The notes under the pieces: model-generated | The model's database searches: none | Told to the model about the DNA's origin: nothing | What the model saw: only the letters and a program-made list of their open reading frames with translations | Translations under genes and position numbers: made by a program | Shown: piece after piece, positions 47,901 through 59,573 of the stretch | Layout: every line of letters begins with the position of its first letter | Numbering within the stretch: position 1 is the first letter of the stretch | Source of the DNA: a virus | DNA length: 64,000 nt | Direction: 5' to 3' (one strand) | Virus record (IMG/VR): IMGVR_UViG_3300024274_000264

Positions 47901-49486
47901 ACAATATAAATGTCTCTAGATTAACTGTAGGCGGTGTTGGTGAAGCGGGGCGTTCTTTACTTGGACAGGTTCGTAATGGAAATCCTCCAACAATTTTTAG
48001 AGCAGTTGTACAAGAAATATTTGTAAATCCTAAGCTTTTAACAACACAAGAAAAAACGGCAATAAAAGCTAGTGTCTCCAATCAACAATTTTTAGATTTA
48101 ATGCCTCCAATGTCTATTATGGCAAGAATTGTTAACAATGGACAAGATATGGTGGATTCAACTTCTGTTATTGTATATCCATTTTTTTCAAGTCATATCC
48201 AACTTCCGTTACAGGCTGGGGAGACTGTTTTTATTATCTATGAAGACTATGGATATCTTGGTAGTAGTTTAGGGAGATGGATTTCTCGGCCTCATGAAAA
48301 TATAGCAGTTGAAGACTTAAACTTCACGCATTCAGATCGTTCTTTTGATATGAAAAACACAAAAGAAGGATACGAACAGTTAAAAAGAGAGACAGGAACA
48401 GCAAATTTAGATATTCAGCCAAATTTCACAAATGGAGCAGGACTTCCAGGAAGGTATACTTTACAACCTAGAAATCAAAATGAAAATCCTTTTAAAACAA
48501 TAAGAGACTCTTCTTACGCCGCCAAACTTCAGACATATGAAGTAGTTCCACGATTTTTTAAAAATCCAAAAGATTTAACAATACAGGGTTCCAACAATAC
48601 TTTAATTTTGTTAACAGATGATTTCTCGAAAAAAAATGAAAACGTAACAAATGGTAATTTTACAAATGTGGATTACTCTGGTGTTATTTCTTTGGTTGTA
48701 GGGCGCGGAAGAAAATTCTTAACAGATAGTCAAAATAGTTTAGATGATACTTCTAAAACATCTGCTTATTCTGTTAAAAATAAGTTTAATAAATTCGAAA
48801 TAGATAAAGTTGAATTTCAAAGAAATCGTGAAACTAATCTAAATGAAGGAAAATTAGATTTTAAACGAGATGCAACTCATCTTTATTTGTCAATGAATTC
48901 AAAAGCGGATATATATTTCAAATTAGATTCTGCTGTGGATGGAGGAATTCGATTTCCAACAAATGTTCTAAAATTAGAGCAACCACCAGTTGTCTCGAAC
49001 TATTATGGAAATGCTTACATTGTACAAAAAAGTGATCACCTTAGATTTGTTGCCAGAAAAAATATAAACCCAAACATTAATGGGACTATAATGATAATAA
49101 AAGAAGGAGAAATGGATAATGATCTTTCTTATGCTTATTTCAATGAAGAAGGTAAAATTCAAATCGAAGGAAAAAGAATTTACCTTGGTAAAGCAATACA
49201 GGAAAATGAACCATATATTAAATGGAGCATATACAAAAAACATATTGATGAATTGAAAGCTCAAATAAATGTTTTGGCAGATCATTTAAATGCTTTGGCA
49301 ATAGCTTATGAAGCGGCATTTAAATCTAGTTTTGCAATTCCGTTTGTTCCTATAGCCTCATTAAATGCACTGACCGCAACACCTGTTGGCGCGGCAGCAA
49401 CGCAGGCCAAAATAACAGAGCTGAAAACGAAAATTGAAACAATTAAACCAGACGATGCAAAATCAACAAAAATTTTTGGAGAATAA
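47897..49486 (+). CDS. Baseplate spike/hub-like protein (gp5/Vgr OB-fold-like)
   Basis: PLQAGETVFI OB-like motif, DLTIQGSNNTLI, IYLG; upstream of gp25. Confidence 0.55.
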   Translation: MNNINVSRLTVGGVGEAGRSLLGQVRNGNPPTIFRAVVQEIFVNPKLLTTQEKTAIKASVSNQQFLDLMPPMSIMARIVNNGQDMVDSTSVIVYPFFSSHIQLPLQAGETVFIIYEDYGYLGSSLGRWISRPHENIAVEDLNFTHSDRSFDMKNTKEGYEQLKRETGTANLDIQPNFTNGAGLPGRYTLQPRNQNENPFKTIRDSSYAAKLQTYEVVPRFFKNPKDLTIQGSNNTLILLTDDFSKKNENVTNGNFTNVDYSGVISLVVGRGRKFLTDSQNSLDDTSKTSAYSVKNKFNKFEIDKVEFQRNRETNLNEGKLDFKRDATHLYLSMNSKADIYFKLDSAVDGGIRFPTNVLKLEQPPVVSNYYGNAYIVQKSDHLRFVARKNINPNINGTIMIIKEGEMDNDLSYAYFNEEGKIQIEGKRIYLGKAIQENEPYIKWSIYKKHIDELKAQINVLADHLNALAIAYEAAFKSSFAIPFVPIASLNALTATPVGAAATQAKITELKTKIETIKPDDAKSTKIFGE

Positions 49487-49488
49487 AC

Positions 49489-49734
49489 ATGAATAAAATT
49501 GAATTACAGGCAAAAATAGCGGAAATTTTAACAAACTCACCTGCCGACTCACAACAAGCAGCGAATTCAATGCGACAACAAATCGCTAGTGAACTAGCAT
49601 CGGCAATTGATAAATATGTCCAGGCTCAAATTGGTGAAAGATTAGCATTAATAACTACATCTATTACTTGTCCAACGCCTGCTGGTGTTCCAACTCCTTC
49701 TGCAACGTTTGCTCAATTTATCAGAGTGGCATAA
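49489..49734 (+). CDS. Small baseplate-region protein
   Basis: IASELASAIDKYV; context. Confidence 0.55.
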   Translation: MNKIELQAKIAEILTNSPADSQQAANSMRQQIASELASAIDKYVQAQIGERLALITTSITCPTPAGVPTPSATFAQFIRVA

Positions 49735-49743
49735 TTATTATTT

Positions 49744-50211
49744 ATGTTAAGTTTCGAAAATGTTGGATATAAAATTTATGATACGAAAAATTTAACCAGT
49801 CCCACGGTTTCAGAAACACCTATCGGAATATTAACTCCGCTATCAATTAGTGACGAAGAGGAAACCTTTTTTAAGACGACTACGGATATTAAAGAAGTTG
49901 TTAAAGATAATTTAAAAAATCTTTTATTAACAAATCATGGCGAAAGACTTGGACGCTATTTCTTCGGAGCAAACTTAAAAGAATTGGTTTTAGATTACAC
50001 ATCTGTCGATGATTTTGATAAAGAGGCAAGGTCGAGAATTAAAACTTCTGTTAGGGATTATATGCCATATGTTGAACTTAGCGGTTACAGCGCAAAAGCT
50101 TACAGAGATGCGTATGATTCAGTTACAAGAGTAGATGTTTTGATTAATTTTTCTGTTCCGAAATTGGATATTAATAATGCTTTTATAAAAATTGAGTTAT
50201 TTGTAACCTAA
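49744..50211 (+). CDS. gp25/GPW-like baseplate wedge protein
   Basis: NLKNLLLTNHGER..FGANL..YMPYV. Confidence 0.9.
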   Translation: MLSFENVGYKIYDTKNLTSPTVSETPIGILTPLSISDEEETFFKTTTDIKEVVKDNLKNLLLTNHGERLGRYFFGANLKELVLDYTSVDDFDKEARSRIKTSVRDYMPYVELSGYSAKAYRDAYDSVTRVDVLINFSVPKLDINNAFIKIELFVT

Positions 50212-50225
50212 TATTTAAAACTGTT

Positions 50226-52076
50226 ATGTCATCTGATCTTTCAAAAAAAGAAGTTTTAAAACAAGTAATTGCGCGATCTTATCTTAATAAAGATTTTCAG
50301 TCGTTTAGAAATGAAATGGAAAAACATATCAGGACTTATTATTCTGATAAAATAAAAGATCTTTCGGTCGGTAGTTTTATGGGAATGTTTTTGGATACGG
50401 TGGCAATGGTTGGGGATACACAATCTTTTTATCTTGATCATCAATTTCACGAATTATCGCCAGAAACAGCTGTTGAGCCTAGAAATATTGAAAGACATTT
50501 AAGAGATAACAGGGTTCCTATGACTGGTGCGACCCCTTCTGTTGTAGAAGTTACTTTCGAAGTGGAAATACCATCGGTGAGAACAGATAGCGGATATATT
50601 GTGGACGACACATGTTTACCAACAATAGACGAAGGAACTGTTTTGTCTAGTAAACAGGGAATTATTTTTAATCTAACTAAAAAAATAGATTTTGCAAAAA
50701 AAGATAAGAATGATCAATATAAAGCAAGCATTGAAGTCTCGCAAAGAGACAGCGAAAATAATCCAACTTATTTTTTAATGAAACTTTCAGAAGTCTGTAT
50801 TTCTGGTCAAACTGCCATAGAATCATTTACGTTTAATGGATTTGAACAATTTAAAACTTATCCACTTTCGTATGAAAATGTTACTGAAATAATTAGTGTT
50901 ATAGATAATTTTGGAAATCAATATTACGAAGTAGAAAACTTAGCAAACGATACTGTATTCGTAAAACAAGAAAATTTAGCAAGTGATAGCGATGAATCAG
51001 AAAGTTCTTTATTTTTAAAAGCAGCACCATACAGATTTGTCAAACAGAATAGTTTATCTTCTGGGTTGACTACTTTGCGTTTTGGTGGTGGAAGTGCATT
51101 ATCAACAGATAATGATTTAATTCCAGAGCCGTCTAAATTTGCTCTTCCTTTATATGGAAAACAAACATTTAATAGGATTACGTTAAATCCTAATAATTTA
51201 TTATCTACAAATACATTAGGAACTATTGTACCAGACAGTACAATAACAATAACTTATCGTTATGGCGGCGGACTTAGACATAATATAAATTCAAATTCAA
51301 TCTCAAACAATGTTGATACACTTTATTTAAATTTTCCAAATAGCCCAACAGTTGAAAATGCAAACTATGTAAAAAACTCGTTAAAGGTTTATAACGATAA
51401 AGATGCTTCTGGTGGGCTCGACGCACTCACAATTGATCAATTAAAGTCATATATTCCTGCTTTTGCCGCAGCACAATCTAGAATTGTTGAGACTCGGGAT
51501 TTGATTGCAAGAATCTACACAATGCCATCTTCTTTTGGAAGAGTTTTTAGAGTTGGAGTAAAACCAAATCCCTGGAATAACAATTCTTCTTTATTGTATG
51601 TCGTTTCAAAGGCCGCGGACAATACTTTAACTATTTCAAATGATACGTTAAAGCAAAACTTAAGCAAATATATAAATGAATTTAGAATTATCCCAGATTC
51701 TTTTGATATTTTAGATGCCCAAATCATTAATTTTAAAATTGAATATCAAATTCACGTTGCTAAAAATCAAAATAAACAAATTGTGATTCAAAACATTAGT
51801 AAAAAAATAGAAAAATATTTTAATATTGATAATTTTCAAATTGATCAACCCATAAACATATCCGAAATAACAAACATTATTTATAACAATGTGGGTGTTT
51901 TATCTTTGGAATATGTTAAATTTACAAACCTTACAGGTACGGTTGGTCAAAAAACATATAGCGATGTTACATACAATTTTGATTCAAACACAAAAAGAAA
52001 TATAATATTTCCTCCAAGTGGTGGAATTTTTGAATTGAAATATAAATCAAATGATATTTTAGGATCGGTAATATAA
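50226..52076 (+). CDS. gp6/baseplate J-like wedge protein
   Basis: YLNKDF, VGD..SFYLD, LRFGGG, YRYGGG, AQSRIV..D, IFELKY. Confidence 0.88.
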   Translation: MSSDLSKKEVLKQVIARSYLNKDFQSFRNEMEKHIRTYYSDKIKDLSVGSFMGMFLDTVAMVGDTQSFYLDHQFHELSPETAVEPRNIERHLRDNRVPMTGATPSVVEVTFEVEIPSVRTDSGYIVDDTCLPTIDEGTVLSSKQGIIFNLTKKIDFAKKDKNDQYKASIEVSQRDSENNPTYFLMKLSEVCISGQTAIESFTFNGFEQFKTYPLSYENVTEIISVIDNFGNQYYEVENLANDTVFVKQENLASDSDESESSLFLKAAPYRFVKQNSLSSGLTTLRFGGGSALSTDNDLIPEPSKFALPLYGKQTFNRITLNPNNLLSTNTLGTIVPDSTITITYRYGGGLRHNINSNSISNNVDTLYLNFPNSPTVENANYVKNSLKVYNDKDASGGLDALTIDQLKSYIPAFAAAQSRIVETRDLIARIYTMPSSFGRVFRVGVKPNPWNNNSSLLYVVSKAADNTLTISNDTLKQNLSKYINEFRIIPDSFDILDAQIINFKIEYQIHVAKNQNKQIVIQNISKKIEKYFNIDNFQIDQPINISEITNIIYNNVGVLSLEYVKFTNLTGTVGQKTYSDVTYNFDSNTKRNIIFPPSGGIFELKYKSNDILGSVI

Positions 52077-53654
52077 ATGTATAAAATTATAAAAGCTTCA
52101 AAAGATGCGTATATTCAGAATAAATGGATAAATAATGAGCGACAAACAACTTCAAACACTGGTCTCGCATCTTCTATAGATTTATATTATTTGTATAACG
52201 AGACACAAATCTCAGGGTTAACTGGTTCTGCTCTTAGTCAAAGTTTAAAAGAAATGAGTCGAGGTTTAATTTATTTTGATCTTTCAAGATTACAAAGTTT
52301 AACCAGTTCATTTCTGGATTATACAGATCCTTCATTTAAAACTTATTTGTCACTAAAAAATGTTTATGGAGGACAACCGACGCCTTCCAATTTTTCTATA
52401 GTTGTAAATCCGCTAGCAAAAGAATTCTCTGAAGGCACTGGATTTGATGTTATCGAATATAGAGATTTAGATTCTGTAAACTGGTTAACTGCTAGTAAAA
52501 ATGGTTCAAGTTTTGTTACGTGGTCTGTTAGCGGCGCAAACGCTAGTGGCTCTATTTCGGATTCAAATATTGATTATTATACAAACTATAGAGCTGAATC
52601 AATATTTGAATCAGGACAAGAAGATTTATATCTCGACATAACTCCATTTGTTTCCGCTGTGTTTTCTAACCAAATCTCAAATAATGGATTAAGATTAGCA
52701 TTTTCTTCTTCTATAGAAGAGGGCACTGAAACTTATTTTGTTAAGCGTTTCGGTTCAAGACATATTAATAAAGAAAAATTACAGCCTAAATTAATCTGCT
52801 TATTTGATGATACTGTATTTGAAAACAATTCGGAGCTATACTTTAACTTCGATAATAAAATTGGAATTAAAAACAAAAAATTTGAATCATATTCAAATTT
52901 CAGTTCTAGTTCGATTGAATTGACAGGCTCTAATTGTCTTGTACTTACATTATTGGCTTCAAGATCTATTTCATATTCTACAACTTCATTTAGCACATCA
53001 CATTCTAAAAGTATATCATATAACACAAGGTCTATAATTTATTATAGCCAATCATTTTCAGGCTCGCAATTAAGGATTGGAAACATCAACAAAACAGGAA
53101 ATTATTACTCTGTTGTTAATGTAGATTATAATCAGTCTGAACTTATAAACTTTCATTCAAACAGTTTAGATGAAATTTATTTTAATCAAACCTGGCATTC
53201 GTTAGATAATCAAGTCGTGTATAGTCGCGGACCAATGTTGAAATTTAAAAAATATTCAGCTTTTGCGGGTGGCTCAATTGATAATGCACTTATAATTTCT
53301 ATTCAAAATTTTAAACAAGAATATCGAGCTGACCAAAATGTTAGATTTGATATTTTGTTAACAGATAATCCAAGTTCAACAACAAAATTTTCTAGATTTG
53401 AAACAACACAAAAACTTTTAAGCAAAGAAGTTTATTATAGAATAATAGATGCCTACACAAGAGAAGAAATAATTCCATTCACTACGGAAAGTTCTGGTAC
53501 GAAATTATCATATGACAATAATGGTCTTTTTTTCGCAATAGATATGAATAACTTTATCAAAAATAAAGTTTACGAATTTGAATTCATGAAATATTCAAAT
53601 TCGGAAAATTCAACACATTTCAAAAATCTAGGATATCGATTTAAAGTTATTTAA
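52077..53654 (+). CDS. Virion structural protein (baseplate region)
   Basis: ASKDAYI..NTG, SRGLIYFD, NNGL..F.S...PKL; context. Confidence 0.65.
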   Translation: MYKIIKASKDAYIQNKWINNERQTTSNTGLASSIDLYYLYNETQISGLTGSALSQSLKEMSRGLIYFDLSRLQSLTSSFLDYTDPSFKTYLSLKNVYGGQPTPSNFSIVVNPLAKEFSEGTGFDVIEYRDLDSVNWLTASKNGSSFVTWSVSGANASGSISDSNIDYYTNYRAESIFESGQEDLYLDITPFVSAVFSNQISNNGLRLAFSSSIEEGTETYFVKRFGSRHINKEKLQPKLICLFDDTVFENNSELYFNFDNKIGIKNKKFESYSNFSSSSIELTGSNCLVLTLLASRSISYSTTSFSTSHSKSISYNTRSIIYYSQSFSGSQLRIGNINKTGNYYSVVNVDYNQSELINFHSNSLDEIYFNQTWHSLDNQVVYSRGPMLKFKKYSAFAGGSIDNALIISIQNFKQEYRADQNVRFDILLTDNPSSTTKFSRFETTQKLLSKEVYYRIIDAYTREEIIPFTTESSGTKLSYDNNGLFFAIDMNNFIKNKVYEFEFMKYSNSENSTHFKNLGYRFKVI

Positions 53655-53686
53655 AAGTAATAGAAAGAAATATCTATTATTGTAAT

Positions 53687-56600
53687 ATGACGAAAAACAA
53701 TGCAGATATTTTGGTTACTTTAAAACCAAACTTTTTCGATACCAAAATTTATAACGAGAATAGTAATTCAGAAATAGCATATCAGCAGTTTTTACTCGAC
53801 GAAGATTTTTCTGCAACATTAACATCGTCATTTAGATATGATCCATTTGGATCTGGTATTCGGTCAACGCAACAATTAAACGTCGATTGGAGTGATTTTT
53901 CTCAACACATTTTTTTCAATTCTGCCCGCGTTAAAACAAACGAAGCGTTTAAAACAATTATTAATAAGTTTCCATTTGATGGAACAAAAAAAGAATATGA
54001 AGAGTTTGTTGATACATTATCTGGATACCAGAAATATGTATTAGATTCTTTTCCTACTAGTCTAGGATATTTTTATTCTTTCGGTGATGGTTTTATATCC
54101 GCAAAAGATTATGCTGGCGTTAGTGACCCAGAGATGAGTAGAAATAAGTCTGGATTATCTGTTGTTAACCCAACTGGCTCCGCAGATTTTTCTATTGAGC
54201 AGTGGTTGTTTTTTCCAACAGGATCAAATGAAAATCAAATTATTTTACAAAAACAAAGTGGTTCACATGGATTTAGTTTATGGCTAAGTTCTAGTACAGC
54301 TGCTCTTAGTTGTTCTATTGGGTTTACGGTTAATTCGGGATCATATTCATTAAGTTTATCCAATTCAATAAACAAAGGTTCTTGGAATCACATTTGTTAT
54401 GTTTGGGATAGAAACGACGGTGAAAATAAAATCTTTGCTTATTTAAACGGTCTGAAAGAGCCTATAGAAAGTCAACAAATAGAAATAAATGATTTAAACA
54501 TCGATAATGCTAATATAACAATATTTTCTGGGTCTTCCTTTTTAATAAATGCCACGAATTTTATTCCAACAACTGTTGTGACTGGTGGAATTGATGAATT
54601 GAGAATTTGGCATAAAAAAATTGATGATAAATTTATTCTAAACAATAACAAGAAAAATATTTTTCAATCATCTGATTTGAAATTGTATTATAAATTTAAC
54701 GAACCCGAGGGCACATCTAAAAATATTATATTAGACTATAGTTCAAACAACCTATTTGGAAGTTTTTCAACAAGAAGTTTTTCAACAAGTTCAATTGGTA
54801 TCTCTCCTCTTGTATATGAACAGCAAAATCTAAATCCTGTTTTGTTTTCGAATATAAGTTCAGTTACTTCTCTTAGAGAAACCTTGCTAGTATCCGCTTC
54901 AATTTATGATAACGAAAATCCATCACTTATTACAAATCTTATACCAAACCATTATTTTTTAGAAGGACAAAATCAAACAGATTCGGGAACAGAAGATGGA
55001 GACATTGTTTCATCTATTTCTGGTTCTTTACCAAAAACGGTCGAACTCGGCTCAACTCAAACCATAAATAGTTTACTATATGCGACAGCTGATTTTTTTG
55101 ATGAAATACAGCTTTTTATTAAAGAGTTTGGAAACTTGATACACATCGAATATGAAGATACAAGTATAATTTCAGATTATTTCTTAAATTTTTTGGCAAA
55201 TAAATATGGAGTGAAGTTACCAGATTTTTTTTCGAATTCAAATACATCTCAATTCATTTATGGAGAAAATATTGATTCAGAAAATTCTTCAATCTCAAGT
55301 GCTTCCCTTAAAGAAATACAAAATAAAATTTGGAAAAGAATTCTTGTTAATGCAAAAGATATTTTAAATTCAAAAGGTACAAGACATTCAATTAATTTGT
55401 TTTTACGTTCAATCGGAATTGAACCGTATTCTTTTTTCAAAATAAAAGAATACGGTGGACCAACTCAGAAAAGATTAAATTCATCATACGAAACAAAACA
55501 AGAGCAATTTAACTTTATTTCTTTTAATTCTTCTTCTCATGTGACTTCTTCGTGTTTGTCTTCTTCTAGAGTTGAGCCAGGATATCCATATGTTGCAGGA
55601 AATGCGGCAGATGGATATTTAACATCTGGCAGCTGGACTTTTGAAGGTTTGTATATGTTAACCAGCAGCGTTTCCTTGTCTCAATCTTTGGTTAGGCTTT
55701 CGACTTACAATACTGCTTCTTCTCAAGAGGCACCACTGTTTAATTTAACAACAAATGGCGATTCTTTAGTGTTGTATGGATTACCAAATTCTAGTTTTAG
55801 CTCTGGCGACTTATTAACAATTTCTTTAACAGGTTCTTTTAATTTATTTAATGGAGAACCTTGGTATATTTCTTTCGGAAGAAAACGTGCCGATTCTATT
55901 TTAAACAATTCTTCTCTTTCTTCTTCTTATTTTATACGCTTAGGTAAGCAATTACAGGGCGAAATTGTTGAATATTATTCAAAATCAGTGTATTACGACG
56001 ACGCAAAAGGAAACCCAGACAAAAACTTACTTTCAAATTTGCCAAGCGCAACCCCATATACTTCTGGTGGTTTATTTTTAAGTTTTGGTTCTGCAGCACT
56101 AGATAATGTTTCATCAATCAAAAACTATTTTGACGGCAAAATATCTCAAGTCAAGTTTTGGTCAAAAGATATAACAGAATCAGAGACTAAAGAACATATT
56201 AGAAATCCAAAATCTTTTGGAGTTGAGAACCCATTAATAAATAATCAGTTCGAACAGACTCAATCTGGTTCTTTTGAAAAAATTCGAGTTATTGTTGATA
56301 TGGACCAAATTGTTTCATATTCTAATTCGGCTGGCGATATCACTTTGATGGATTTTAGTCAGAACAATCTAAATTTTTATGGTGGAGGTTTTGAAGAAAA
56401 CACTTTGGTCTTCGAGAACCGAAATATAAGATATGGTTCTATGGGCACTTCATTCGATGAGGCAACAACTGATAATAAAGTTAGAGTAAGAAGTTTAACA
56501 GAGTTAACAAATATATCTAACCAGTATACAAAACAAGCACCAGTTCATGAACTTGAAATTGAAGAACAGCCAACAGATACTTCAAAATTAAGTATTGATT

Positions 56601-57004
56601 TTAGCCCAATAGAAATATTAAATGGGGATATGATAAATTCATTCGGAAATTATGAAATTTTAAATGATATTTTAGGAGACCCGAGCAGTTTATACACAAC
56701 AGAATATCCAGAACTAGAAAAACTTAGAAATTTATATTTTAACCGTTTAACATCTCCTGTTAATCTAAAAGCATATTTTGAATTTTATAAATGGTTTAAT
56801 GCAACACTAGCAGAGTTTATAAAAACTTTGTTGGCAAAAAATGTGAATTTTAAAGGAATTAATTATATTATTCAACCACATATTTTAGAAAGATCTAAAG
56901 TACAGTATTTTACTTATAGCCAATATTTGGACAGAACAAATATTGCCTCTAACGCCTCTCAACTTTTATTACAATCTATAAACGGGACAATTAAGAAATA
57001 CTAA
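53687..57004 (+). CDS. Large baseplate protein with LamG-like domains
   Basis: FSIEQW, WNHI, IDELRIW, YYKFNE, KGTR.SI, HILER.K. Confidence 0.75.
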   Translation: MTKNNADILVTLKPNFFDTKIYNENSNSEIAYQQFLLDEDFSATLTSSFRYDPFGSGIRSTQQLNVDWSDFSQHIFFNSARVKTNEAFKTIINKFPFDGTKKEYEEFVDTLSGYQKYVLDSFPTSLGYFYSFGDGFISAKDYAGVSDPEMSRNKSGLSVVNPTGSADFSIEQWLFFPTGSNENQIILQKQSGSHGFSLWLSSSTAALSCSIGFTVNSGSYSLSLSNSINKGSWNHICYVWDRNDGENKIFAYLNGLKEPIESQQIEINDLNIDNANITIFSGSSFLINATNFIPTTVVTGGIDELRIWHKKIDDKFILNNNKKNIFQSSDLKLYYKFNEPEGTSKNIILDYSSNNLFGSFSTRSFSTSSIGISPLVYEQQNLNPVLFSNISSVTSLRETLLVSASIYDNENPSLITNLIPNHYFLEGQNQTDSGTEDGDIVSSISGSLPKTVELGSTQTINSLLYATADFFDEIQLFIKEFGNLIHIEYEDTSIISDYFLNFLANKYGVKLPDFFSNSNTSQFIYGENIDSENSSISSASLKEIQNKIWKRILVNAKDILNSKGTRHSINLFLRSIGIEPYSFFKIKEYGGPTQKRLNSSYETKQEQFNFISFNSSSHVTSSCLSSSRVEPGYPYVAGNAADGYLTSGSWTFEGLYMLTSSVSLSQSLVRLSTYNTASSQEAPLFNLTTNGDSLVLYGLPNSSFSSGDLLTISLTGSFNLFNGEPWYISFGRKRADSILNNSSLSSSYFIRLGKQLQGEIVEYYSKSVYYDDAKGNPDKNLLSNLPSATPYTSGGLFLSFGSAALDNVSSIKNYFDGKISQVKFWSKDITESETKEHIRNPKSFGVENPLINNQFEQTQSGSFEKIRVIVDMDQIVSYSNSAGDITLMDFSQNNLNFYGGGFEENTLVFENRNIRYGSMGTSFDEATTDNKVRVRSLTELTNISNQYTKQAPVHELEIEEQPTDTSKLSIDFSPIEILNGDMINSFGNYEILNDILGDPSSLYTTEYPELEKLRNLYFNRLTSPVNLKAYFEFYKWFNATLAEFIKTLLAKNVNFKGINYIIQPHILERSKVQYFTYSQYLDRTNIASNASQLLLQSINGTIKKY

Positions 57005-57005
57005 A

Positions 57006-57881
57006 ATGACAGTTAATTTTTTACCTACCAACACATATCCAGCATTTGATGAATTTACAGCTTTTGATGGAAATAAAATAAATTTAAGCATATCTAAAGT
57101 TCAATCTCAATTGTCAAGTTCTAATTCATTAAGACAAGGAATAGAACTAAGAACGATAGATGATATTTATACGACTTCGCAACCGAAATTTTGGGCAGGC
57201 AAAATATTAAAAAATGGAACGTTAGAACATGGATTTGCGGAAGAAAAACTTTTAGGAATTGGACAACCTTTATCATTTACCTCAACAAAAGCAGATCCAT
57301 CATATACAGAAAAAGAAATAAAATTTGATCCTGTTGCTTTTATTTCAAACAGAGATAGTTATCCATTTCCAATTCAATTAAATCAGGGATTACCAAATCA
57401 AAAATCAAATATAATTGAACCACTAACAATTCCTTTTAGATTAAACAATTTAGAATTTAATTATTTCGCAAAAGGAATACATGGTTCGGTAGATTGTGGC
57501 CCAAAAGAAGGTTTAAACAAAGGAAATCAAGTGATATCGCAATTTAAAAAAATAGATACTTCTGGTGATATCCTGCTGCCATTTTTAGATTCAGGACAAG
57601 AAACAATGGGAGGAATAGTAATACAAGGTTACAGCAATAATGAAGTTGGGCGCGAAAGTGGTTTTGTTGAACGACAAAATAATAATGATATTTTTGAATT
57701 CGCTTCAGTTTCGGTAAACTTTAAAAACGTTTTACAAGATTTAGATTATTCAAGAGATGAAGACATAAGAAAATGTTTTAATATAAAATCAATGCCTGCT
57801 GGCGGAGATATATATTCTTCTTATCGTAACATTGCTGGTACCGATAGCATAGCATACACAAATAGAATTAAAGGATATTAA
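57006..57881 (+). CDS. Putative structural protein
   Basis: Coupled ORF in the structural operon. Confidence 0.6.
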   Translation: MTVNFLPTNTYPAFDEFTAFDGNKINLSISKVQSQLSSSNSLRQGIELRTIDDIYTTSQPKFWAGKILKNGTLEHGFAEEKLLGIGQPLSFTSTKADPSYTEKEIKFDPVAFISNRDSYPFPIQLNQGLPNQKSNIIEPLTIPFRLNNLEFNYFAKGIHGSVDCGPKEGLNKGNQVISQFKKIDTSGDILLPFLDSGQETMGGIVIQGYSNNEVGRESGFVERQNNNDIFEFASVSVNFKNVLQDLDYSRDEDIRKCFNIKSMPAGGDIYSSYRNIAGTDSIAYTNRIKGY

Positions 57882-59573
57882 ATGGCAAGAACAAGAAAAT
57901 TATCTAGAATAAGAGGCTTGAATCAATACGAACTTAAAAATTTAAAAGAGGCCGCGCCATTTTATAAATCCAGTACGTTTGATGATTCAAAAACAATAAT
58001 ATATTTTGATTCCGCATCAGTTAATTATCCAACTACTCTTCCACTTTCTGCCAAGAATATTACGAGCGAATTAACAACATCGATAACTATTCCTGGTCGC
58101 TCTATTTTTGGAGCAGAAACACAATTGTGGTATACACAGAGCACAGATTCTATAAGACCATTTGTAGATACTTTAAACATACCATTTTCTGGTAGTTATT
58201 ATCTAACAGGAAGTGATCTTCCAGGTTTTAAACAACCCTTAAGAGATAAAACAAAAATTGAAGTTCTTTTACCTTTGGCTAATACATCTACTTTAAAATC
58301 AAATTTAGTTGATGATTCTCCTTTTGGTTATTACAATTTCGCGAATCAAAGTTTTAATTCAGTCGGAATTGGAAGTAATGCTTTAGATCTTTTTAGTGGT
58401 TCGCTAACAATTAATGATTATTTTACTAATAAAGCTATAGGATTTGGACCAAGTATTAGAGATATCACAAGCGCAGAAAATAAATATAATAGTACAAATG
58501 TTTATACGAACTTAGGATTACCCATTTCTGAGTTTGGATTTCCAAGTTCAAACACTTACGCGGCAAACTCTAGTTCTTATCTTGAATTAAAAAACTATAT
58601 TTCAAAACCTTTTTTATTAGAAAAAGTTGAGGTGGAAATTGGAAGTATGCAATTGTCCATACCAGACAATCTAATTTTAGATTCAACAAGTGTAGCAGTT
58701 TCAACATTTTTTATTTTAAATCAAAGAGTATCTGAATCTTTTGTAAGAACAGGAACTTATAATTATTTTCAATTTTTTGATGTGGTTTCAGATTTTCCAA
58801 GCATTCCAAACACATCTTATACAAATTCATCCTTGCCTTATTTTAAAACAGGAAATCAAATTATTGATTTGGTCTCTTTTGGGAGAATTGCTACTGTTGC
58901 AAAAAATACGGCGACGAAAGCTCTAGTTAGTGAAAGTGTCGAATATTATATATCGAATCAATCACTTTCTCCAACAAAAGAAATATCTTATACTGTTACA
59001 GGCAGTAAATTAAATCTTTTAACAAATCAATCTTCTAAAAACGTAAATCCAATTTATTCGATGTTTTTTATGGATAATGTTGCAGGCACAAATCGTGTCT
59101 TTTCTCAAAAGTTAACTACACTAAATGGAACACGTTCTGGCGTGGAAGATTATTCTTCCAGAAATTATATCAAACAACTTGTTGGAGGAAATTCCATTCT
59201 TACGTCTTTTATTAGAAATGCCTATGGACCGAATGAAGAAATGCCAGTAGTGTACAATACGAATCCAGTAGAAAATGCACCTTATATATTGTTTCCAGAA
59301 GATAAATTAATTTTTGGATTTCAAGTTCCTATTTTTGATAGAATCAATCTAGTTTCGGATACTGATCTTATAGCAAATTCTGTAAACTTTTGGAAAGAAG
59401 GTGAAAACGCTAGTCCTGGCGTTTCCGTTGTATTATCTAAAAACATTAAAGTAATTCTTTACGGTTCGTATATAAAAATGAATGAATACTCTGACTACGA
59501 AGAATATCACGAATATGAGTCCAGAACTCAATTAAACACAAATGCAACAATTAATATTGGAGAAAAACAATAA
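57882..59573 (+). CDS. Putative structural protein
   Basis: S/T/N-rich coupled ORF. Confidence 0.6.
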   Translation: MARTRKLSRIRGLNQYELKNLKEAAPFYKSSTFDDSKTIIYFDSASVNYPTTLPLSAKNITSELTTSITIPGRSIFGAETQLWYTQSTDSIRPFVDTLNIPFSGSYYLTGSDLPGFKQPLRDKTKIEVLLPLANTSTLKSNLVDDSPFGYYNFANQSFNSVGIGSNALDLFSGSLTINDYFTNKAIGFGPSIRDITSAENKYNSTNVYTNLGLPISEFGFPSSNTYAANSSSYLELKNYISKPFLLEKVEVEIGSMQLSIPDNLILDSTSVAVSTFFILNQRVSESFVRTGTYNYFQFFDVVSDFPSIPNTSYTNSSLPYFKTGNQIIDLVSFGRIATVAKNTATKALVSESVEYYISNQSLSPTKEISYTVTGSKLNLLTNQSSKNVNPIYSMFFMDNVAGTNRVFSQKLTTLNGTRSGVEDYSSRNYIKQLVGGNSILTSFIRNAYGPNEEMPVVYNTNPVENAPYILFPEDKLIFGFQVPIFDRINLVSDTDLIANSVNFWKEGENASPGVSVVLSKNIKVILYGSYIKMNEYSDYEEYHEYESRTQLNTNATINIGEKQ